Source: Fimicolochytrium jonesii (taxonomy: Eukaryota). Taken from it: DNA of 64,000 bases. A program made the position numbers and the translations under genes. Below the pieces are notes generated by a model. The model had not been told where the DNA came from and did not search any database. It was given only the letters and a program-made list of their open reading frames with translations. This document shows positions 56,412-64,000 of this stretch, piece after piece (the first letter of the stretch is position 1; the number at the start of each line of letters is the position of its first letter). The DNA lies in assembly GCF_025526975.1 (NCBI RefSeq), contig NW_026515671.1:186001-250000 (forward strand). Reading direction: 5' to 3'.

Positions 56412-58530
56412 ATGATGCCTCGCTCAAAAAGGTAGAACAGCGGTCTTCGGGGCGCTCAGTCAGCCAGCGCTTTCAGTGCAGAGGAGTTCACTGGTGCCTG
56501 TCGGGCATCTCGATCGGTATTGGAAGACGAAGCGAATCACTATCAAGCGTTTTCCGAAGGGATAAGAAAGCTGATCGGCGCTGCATCGGTTGAGGCAAAC
56601 CGTGCAAGTATGGAGCCAGCTGCCGCCATCATCACCAAGCTTGCGGAAAGCATCTGTGGCCTAGAAGCGTACGCGCAAGTGCCGGGTAGCGTCAGCAAGG
56701 GTACGGAATGCCGAGGGAACGATGTCGATCTTCACTTGTACACTGCGAAGCCCACCACTCCGGAACAGCGGGAATGTCAATCTCATGAGGGAACTTCCGA
56801 TCTTCAACCGATCGTTCACAGCATTCGCCGCCGAAAACCGGTTGCAGGAGGCCGTACTTGAAGCGGCATGTCAAGCAGAAGATAACAATTGAAGCAGCCA
56901 GCGTCTGCAGCTTCCAAAAGAGGATGCAAATGATCTTCTCAGACCTTGCGTCGGTCCCAGTTCACGCTCCCGGTCCTGCAGCAGCGCCGCGTGTCCTTCT
57001 CGCACTCACTCGGCAGCAGATAAATGAAATTTATGAGCGAGGTCACTACGCTGAAGCTGGTATGCTATACACGGGGCTCCTGAAGAGGAATCAAACGATC
57101 ATGTAGTACTAGCAAATCGATCCGGTGCTTATTCCAAACTATGCTATTATACTGCCGCGGCGGCTGACGCGGAAACGGTTATAAGTCTGCAACCGGATTG
57201 GATCAAGGGCTATATGCCCCTCGCAGCTGCGGAGATCGGACGTGTCGATTTGAAATCTGCAATTTGCAGCCGCTGACCGCGGACTGGAGAAGAGTTCAAC
57301 CATCGATATTCAGAAGCTCAGGGCAGATGCGCAATCAGAGTTGCAGAAGCAGGGCTCGCCTCCGAAATGCAAACCGGAAACATTGAAGTGTTGGAGTCGC
57401 GTTCTTTATAAGACCGCTGTACATGTGGTTGAGGCTGCAGGCAGCGGTGACTTCGCTGCCCCATCCGATGCGCTGCAGTGCTGCCGACAACTACCGCCGG
57501 AGAACCCAGACGGGTGGTCCATCATCATCCGTCCTGAAGTTTACGAGCGTCATGCAGCCCTTGAGGAGCAATTCCCAATCCAACTACTGGGGGGAAGTAG
57601 TTAGCGAATGTCAGCGTGAACCTCAAGCGCAATTGCGATGTGGACCTCTCACCGTCAAACCGCACAGTCAAAGTCGTTCTCACTCACTGATAGCCGTTTC
57701 CAAGGGCGCGACTGTCCACGTGGAAGATGTGTCATTCTCGATGGACCCCGGTAGTGGGGTCGGTGTCTGATGCGTCGGCGCGGATGACGGAGCTTCAATC
57801 ACCGCCAGCCAATGCTTCTTTTGTCTCTCACGAATCACCCTGCGTGACTCTGTACGGTTCCGGCACGAAAGGAATTCAGGATTGCATGTTTAGACGATTG
57901 GCTTCAGCGGGTGTCCTGTTGGACGAGGGTGCAGCAGTTACGATGGAGAGATGCGACTTGCGCGAATGGTTCAAAGTCGGTGTTAAAGCTCGCGGGCAGG
58001 ACACATCCGCGCGTCACCATCGTTGTAACATTCGGGACTGCAAGCGCCAAGCGGTCGTATTCGGGGGCGAGTCCAAACAACTGGAGATGGAAACTCCCCC
58101 GTTGTCTTCCGCCATGTTGTTTGGTGGGTCCGAAATGCTTCCCCAAAAATGCACCATCACAAAATGTCCGGCTGATGCGATCCTCATCCAAGCCTGGGCC
58201 CTTTATCTCCAAGGACGACTGTGAGGTAACTCGCAACCATACTGGAGTCTTTTTCGGTAACATACGTGTCTTCTCACCCTAACCACATTGCGGATAACTA
58301 CCGTTGCTGAGTTTACGTGAAGACCGTCGCAAATGGACGGACGATGACAATGCGCGCCAACGAGATCTTCAACAAAGCCGTTTGGTGAATTTGTTTGCTG
58401 ACCCTACAGTTGCCACGAAGATCGCAATGACCGGGGAGCGAGAATTGCCGTGCTCAACCAAGCTTAGTCTGTCTTTCTTAACGCGTATATACTTCGAGAT
58501 CGAGCGTAAAGAAAGGGGAGATGTGTAACA
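56412..58530 (+). pseudogene. Disrupted multidomain gene: Pol-beta-family (OAS/cGAS-like) nucleotidyltransferase motif, TPR repeats, right-handed beta-helix
   Basis: GSVSKGTECRGNDVDLHLY (56685-56741); TPR-like NEIYERGHYAEAGMLYTGLL / ANRSGAYSKLCYYTAAAADAETVISLQPDWIKGY; SIIIRPEVYE, AGVLLDEGAAVTMERCDL, RCNIRDCKRQAV, CTITKCPADAILI; in-frame stops and frameshifts. Confidence 0.65.
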
Positions 58531-60955
58531 CAGCAGTTCGATCAGCAGTTTGTTAGCATTGTGTACAGTAGTCGTGTGGGGCAGTTTCCCTGTTAGTCTT
58601 ATCGATTTCACAGAAGTTCTTCCCTGAGTATCCTAATAACTCATTCAATATATCCCTCATTCTTCTGTTCAGTACGAAATCCTTAGGCTCGCGGAAGTGC
58701 TCGTGCTTAGATCTGGCACTTAGCTTGGCATTCCATCATCCCACCAAGGGATGGCCTCTGTCCGGTAATGCATGTTCAGCCAACCCGATCTCCTCGGGTG
58801 TAACATAGAACGCAGCCTGGATGTCCTACGCCCCGGGAAGTTCGGATGGCGCCTGGCTTGCCGGGCTAGGGAGAGGCGGGGAGCAAGTGTCTGTAGCACA
58901 ACGCGATACACGATTTTCAGTTCGAACTACCTTGCCGCCGCTGTTACCCAAAGCGGAGTACGGAAACTGACGGGCTCGCGTAAAACGTAAGCGCGACTGA
59001 CGACGCTAAGGACATTTCTAGCCGAGCAGTCTTTCGACATGCAGAATTCCAGCGCATTCATAAAAGAGAGGTCTGATCAGAGCTACGGTCGCAGGCTCGC
59101 AGCCAGAGCGCAACCCCCGTGCCAAAATGTGTGAAATGTTGAGGTCGATTTCTTTTGAATGCAATTGCATGCCCTTGGAAAGGTCTCAAAAGCGATCCCA
59201 CATGTTATCGTCTCGGAGGTGCTCCCTATAGGCAATGCATTGCAATACGAATCAGCGAGCTCTTGGGCCCTGCCTGTGATCTTCTTCTTTGCTTTTGAGG
59301 GTGATCGAGGATGGACCATGATATCGCCGTGGCTCTGCACTTACCCCGCCGAGCAACATTCCTCCGGAGTCCAACGGCTGGTATGGACGTTTTCCGTATT
59401 CCTGGGCCCATGCTTTCGAATCCTCGTGACAACCATATATGAAGGGGAAAAGTTCAGCTGACGATACCCCTTGCTTTCGAGAGCCGTGTGATCTCAAAAT
59501 CCAGGGGTTGATTTCCTTTCTGATGCCATGTGAGCGTAAAATCCAGGGGGAACAGCCCAGCTGATGCCTTTCGAAGATTCTTTTCTCGAGGGCATTTGTG
59601 CTGACGAACTTCCCGCTTCAATCAACGCGTGCGTAGGTGTGAAATGACAGCCTCACGCGTCTCCGACGCCCAGCTCAAACTCCGCGCATACCAAGCTCAC
59701 TTACGGCGTACGCCCATCCTGCATACTTCAGACTACAGTACATGTATTGCGATGCATATTGGGAGACATTTGGCAGGTGCCCGGGGCGTTGGAGAAGTGA
59801 TGCTCTCATATGCATTTATGCACGTGGAGGGTTGCGTCCCAATCAGCCTGTCTGGGCTATGTACACCGTGATGTGATGGAAGATACACTAGAAATATGAG
59901 ACACTGGGGCTTTGAATGCTAGTTGATCAGCCCACATATCGCTCTTGCCCTCTCCCATGACGCCCATCATGAGATTGCATGCAGTATGATACGCCGAAGA
60001 GGTGTGCATCAATGATGTTTTCAATATCTCCCTACGCGCCAACAATTTCGGCTGTCAAGCTCTTCTACTGTACTAAATGTACGCAGCGCCCAAAAGTGCT
60101 GGTAATCAAAGGCTTTGAAGCGCCACCGGCTGGTCCACCACCATCTCCGGCAAGTCAAGCTTGTGTCGCAGCCCTGCAATGTACACATGTATTGTACGGT
60201 GTACGTAGCACGTCGGCGTGTCAAAAGAGTGGTCCCAACAGCCGTATCCGCCGATCCCAGGGTAAGGATCACAATCGCACTTCCTACGCTAACCGTTGAC
60301 ACCGCACCATTGGTGAAGGAAGGATGGGACACGAGCGCTACTCCGACACCAACTCCCCGGGCAACGGGTACGCATTTGTTGTATATATGTACCTGCCAGA
60401 TCAGAAAGGAGCTTTTACGGATCCCACCGAAGTCACAATCATTCCAATCGAACCGGGACCTCCCAGCGGCAGTAGTGTTATTATTTGCACCATTCGGAGG
60501 CTGGAAAAGTTTCTGGCGTTCAGAAATCTCAAGTTGATTTGTGAAATGCCATACCTCGGAGCTGGAAATGACCGTTTTCGGGGGGTGATAGCGCCGAGGT
60601 ATCTGGGCTGTATCCGAGAGTTGTAGAATCCCTATGTCTTCTCAGGCATTTATAAGAGGTTTGATACGGCGTGACGGCGTCCAAGTTGGGCGTCTATTTC
60701 GTGATTCGCCACGCTTGGCACTCACAATAGTCGAACTCGAACAACAAGCTTCCCACATCCAGGTCCTGAGAAGCCAGCGTATGTCACCAGCATTGCATTC
60801 CTTTGAAATGCAAAACAACAGGCTCGCGAGAAATGCCTGCTGGATTGCAAGATGGAGGAAACGTAGAGGCGCATAAAAGCCCGTTGCGCCGTTGCGTTCC
60901 CCCTCGACGATTCTAACAACCAAAAAGCCTCGTCCGTCAATATCGTATCGTCAAG

Positions 60956-61992
60956 ATGAAGTTATTCGCCAGTCTGCTCTCCATCGCGTCCATTGCCGGC
61001 GCTATCAGCCAGGTTTCAGCTTGTAAGTACCCTATGTTCTCTTGTCGTTGATACTCTTCTTGCAAATGCGTATTCGCGGTCATTTGGCTAAACTCTCGAT
61101 TTCTGCCAACATAGATCCTGGTCCAGGTAATGTGCAAGGCGCCACTTTTGTGCATGACCCAAGCATGATCAAGGTCGGCAACACGTACTACGTCTTTGCC
61201 ACCGCTCCCGGCATTTCCATCAAAACCTCCACCGACCGTACCAACTTCGTCGACGCTGGCGTCGTATTCCCTAACGGTGCCCCATGGTGTGATACCTGGA
61301 CCGCGGAAGACAAGAACCTCTGGGCTCCCGACGTCTCCTACGCCCACGGTCAATTCATCCTATACTATTCCTGCTCCACCTTATATTCGCGCCGCTCGGC
61401 CATCTATTTGGCTACAAGCGCCACCGGGCGTTCAGGGTCTTGGGTAGACCACGGATTAGTAGTCTCCTCCAACAACGGCGACGCCCTGAATGCCATCGAC
61501 CCCGGCCTCGTCATCGACGGTAACAACTGGCGCCTGACCTACGGTTCCTTCGGAAGCGGGATCTTCAGCATCGTCCTCGACCCTACGACCGGTCACCCGA
61601 AAGACAACGCAAGAACTCGCCTCGCGACCCGTACTGTGAATGACGGCGCCGTCGAAGGCGCCTACATGCACAAGATCGGCGCATTCTGGTACCTGTTTGT
61701 ATCCTGGGACAGGTGTTGCCAAGGAGCTGCTAGCACATACCACATCATGGTCGGGCGTTCCCAATCTTCCAACGGGCCTTTCTTCGACAAGAACGGCGTC
61801 AACTTGGCGAACGGCGGTGGCACCGAAATCCTTGGCGGTCACGACGGCATCCACGGGCCCGGAGGGCAAAGTGTGTTCCGGGATGTTGACGGCGACCTGT
61901 TGGTGTACCACTACTACGACAACGCTGGCGCTGCTAGGCTGGGTATCAACAAATTGGTACTCGACGGATCCGGCTGGCCGGTCGTTGTATGA
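60956..61992 (+). CDS. Secreted GH43 endo-1,5-alpha-L-arabinanase, 2 exons
   Basis: Signal peptide MKLFASLLSIASIAGAISQVSA, intron 61023-61114, VHDPS, LWAPDV, NAIDP, GSF..GI, AVEGA, WYLFVSWDRCCQG, IHGPGGQ, LVYHYY. Confidence 0.93.
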
Positions 61993-63089
61993 GCCCGTTC
62001 GCTAGATGAAATATAGAAAGCTGCTGCTGGACAGCCTTGTGAATACCCGCTGTATACATCAACGCTTTTTGTCCATATTCCTCTTCCGTTTTGCAATACA
62101 TACCCAGATTGGTACCCAGATCTATGTGTGCTTGGCTTTGTTCCTCCTTTGTGGTTCCGTCGTTTTCATACCGCTTGGCGCTATTTGCAACGCTATTCGC
62201 AAGGCGGACTCCGTTTCGTGATGTCGGCAAAACTTGGGGACGATCACGTGGGTCCTAAATAAACCCGGAACTTCCGCGCGTCACAACTTTCGTCTCTCAA
62301 AGCTGCTTCGGGTTGGTCATTTTACATTGCATTTCCAGTCGCAATCTAGTCCTGGTAAGTAGCAAAATGTATCCCGAGGGCCGACGGGTGTAGTGGCCAG
62401 CAGCGAAAGGGCCTCCTGCGGATGTCCTAGCGACGGCAAGTCCTCCCATTTCCCGCAATGATGACCATCGACAGGTACTTCAGAGACCCCTACACACAAC
62501 ACATCACCCAATTCCCCGGCGGAAGCATAGCCGCATCGCCTATATCGCTTCATCGACAGCGGCATCACGCTAGGAAGCCCCGCCGGTACTTCATCTCACT
62601 TCCGCTTCCAATCCTCCCACGCCCCGACCTGCCCCAGCCGAGGTCGCGCTTTAGAGCGTGCCGGGAAACCTGGAGCTCGCGAGGACCTAGGCCGTGCGGT
62701 GTTCGTAGGGTGGGGTCGAGGGTGGAGCGTATGGTGTGGATGATTGCTCTGTGGGGTGACTGTATGGGGGCGATGGGGGATGTGTGCTTGCGCCGGTGGA
62801 GATGTTTTGGGCGGAAGTGGTGTTGGTGTTCGGGGCGCGGACGAAAAAGAAGTTTCGATGATTGGATTGATCTGAGCGGCGGTTGTTGTGGGAGATCGAT
62901 GTTGTGATCAGGAGGCTGCTGGTCGGAAATGCTAGCTGGCAAATGGAAATGAAAGAAGAGGGCTAATGCATGGGACTGATCTGATGTTTTATGAATCAAT
63001 CCTGCAGCTCGAATTAGCGTCTCCCACCCCACCCACACGAATCCCCTCACGCACTCACCCGCGCCGCACATCACTAGCACATCGACATC

Positions 63090-63411
63090 ATGACAAGCAT
63101 ATCACCCGAGTGCAACGATCTAAAAAAACAATACGACGATTGTTTCAACAAATGGTACGCCAACAAGTTTCTCCAAGGGGACACGACACCCGCTTGCGAG
63201 GAGATCTTTCAGCTGTATAGGGCTTGTGTTTGGGTAAGTTGCACACCTCGTACTTCGTTTTTGATGTGGGGAGGTTGCTGGTTATGGCTTACTGATGTGA
63301 TTTCTTCTGCAGAGGGCGATAAAAGAAAAGAACCTAGACCAACTGATAAGCGATGCACGGAAGGAGAAGCCGTTCAACGAAGCGCCGGATATGAGTGGGT
63401 CGTCGTCATAG
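63090..63411 (+). CDS. MDM35: Mitochondrial intermembrane-space twin-Cys protein Mdm35/TRIAP1, 2 exons
   Basis: MTSISPECNDLKKQYDDCFNKWYANKFLQG..CEEIFQLYRACVW, intron 63234-63312, RAIKEKNLDQLISDARKE. Confidence 0.95.
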
Positions 63412-63642
63412 CGTAGACGGTAGATACCAGTGAATGTACAGAACATTCGCAATGTGCTAGCCGACACCATCCAACCCCACACCCAATTTTGTAATGTAAC
63501 ATAGCAGACTCCACTCAATTCCAACCTCTTGAGCAACCATGTGGAATAGCTCTCGCGACATTGCCGCAAGTTTTGATTGGTCATTCGGCCACGATTCCAG
63601 CAAGTGCGAAGTGAGAGTGTGATAGATACATCTGAAGCACTT

Positions 63643-64000
63643 CTAAACAGTGAACGTAAACGGCAACCCATTGGTGCTATGCAGCACAACCTTCCGCTCG
63701 CCCACCCACTCAAACCGCACCCCGTCCATCACCGCCGTCGGGTCATTCAACGCTTTCTCTGTTCGGGTCGAAATCAGAAATCACAATCAGCTCAAACCCA
63801 ATATCCCCTCACAAAATTCCGACCCCACTTACCATCAGGAGGCCCCAAACTAAAAGTCCTAAAACTCTTCATATGCCCCACACCCCCCACACTCGCCAAC
63901 GCTGCAACCCCCGCCGCCCCGCCCGCACCGCCGCCAGTGGCCGTGGTCAGCGCGCCGACGAGGGTGCCGAGGAACCCGCCCGTGGGCTGCCAGAACCGGA
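63643..64000 (-). CDS. WDR7: 3' end of a WDR7/Rabconnectin-3beta-like WD40 gene (runs off the window)
   Basis: RFWQPTGGFLGTL..KSFRTFSLGPP | ..VRFEWVGERKVVLHSTNGLPFTFTV* matches the C-terminal pattern I recall for WDR7 (FWQ..LLG..IKTYQVPP..LIWTSNRNVIL..FMV). Confidence 0.7.

Noticed and set aside
58600..60900. Possible transposase or gene remnants upstream of the GH43 gene
   Set aside because: No catalytic motif or terminal repeat could be identified by eye
62458..63080. ORFs on both strands upstream of MDM35
   Set aside because: Low-complexity translations in all frames; no credible gene model

Overview
Eukaryotic, intron-containing, GC-rich fungal DNA. An early-diverging, chytrid-like fungus is my inference from gene content (EIPR1/TSSC1, WDR7, IND1, a DHX30-like helicase) and short GT-AG introns. 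Conserved genes I could reconstruct by hand: ISA2, NSUN5/RCM1, an unduplicated BUB1/MAD3 (MadBub), SAD1/USP39, RCD1/CNOT9, a dsRBD-containing DExH helicase, IND1/NUBPL, EIPR1, SRP19, an F-box/Zn-finger protein, PUF6, a Yap-like bZIP, DED1, ALT1, a secreted GH43 arabinanase, MDM35 and the 3' end of WDR7. Accessory segments lie between them. (1) About 10.5-19.3 kb holds a decayed chromodomain Ty3/gypsy element with a DEAD-box helicase fragment joined to its RNase H, three different tandem arrays (one an alternating A/B hairpin array with a compensatory base-pair change) and an intact orphan coiled-coil gene. (2) A 3.1-kb segment is bounded by ~195-bp direct repeats. (3) A disrupted gene combines an OAS/cGAS-type nucleotidyltransferase motif, TPRs and a beta-helix. 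There is also an interstitial TTAGGG hairpin near the left end, and a window-wide, orientation-independent alternation of C-rich and G-rich blocks inside coding sequence. All calls come from motif recognition by eye, with no database searches. Exon boundaries not explicitly listed are approximate.
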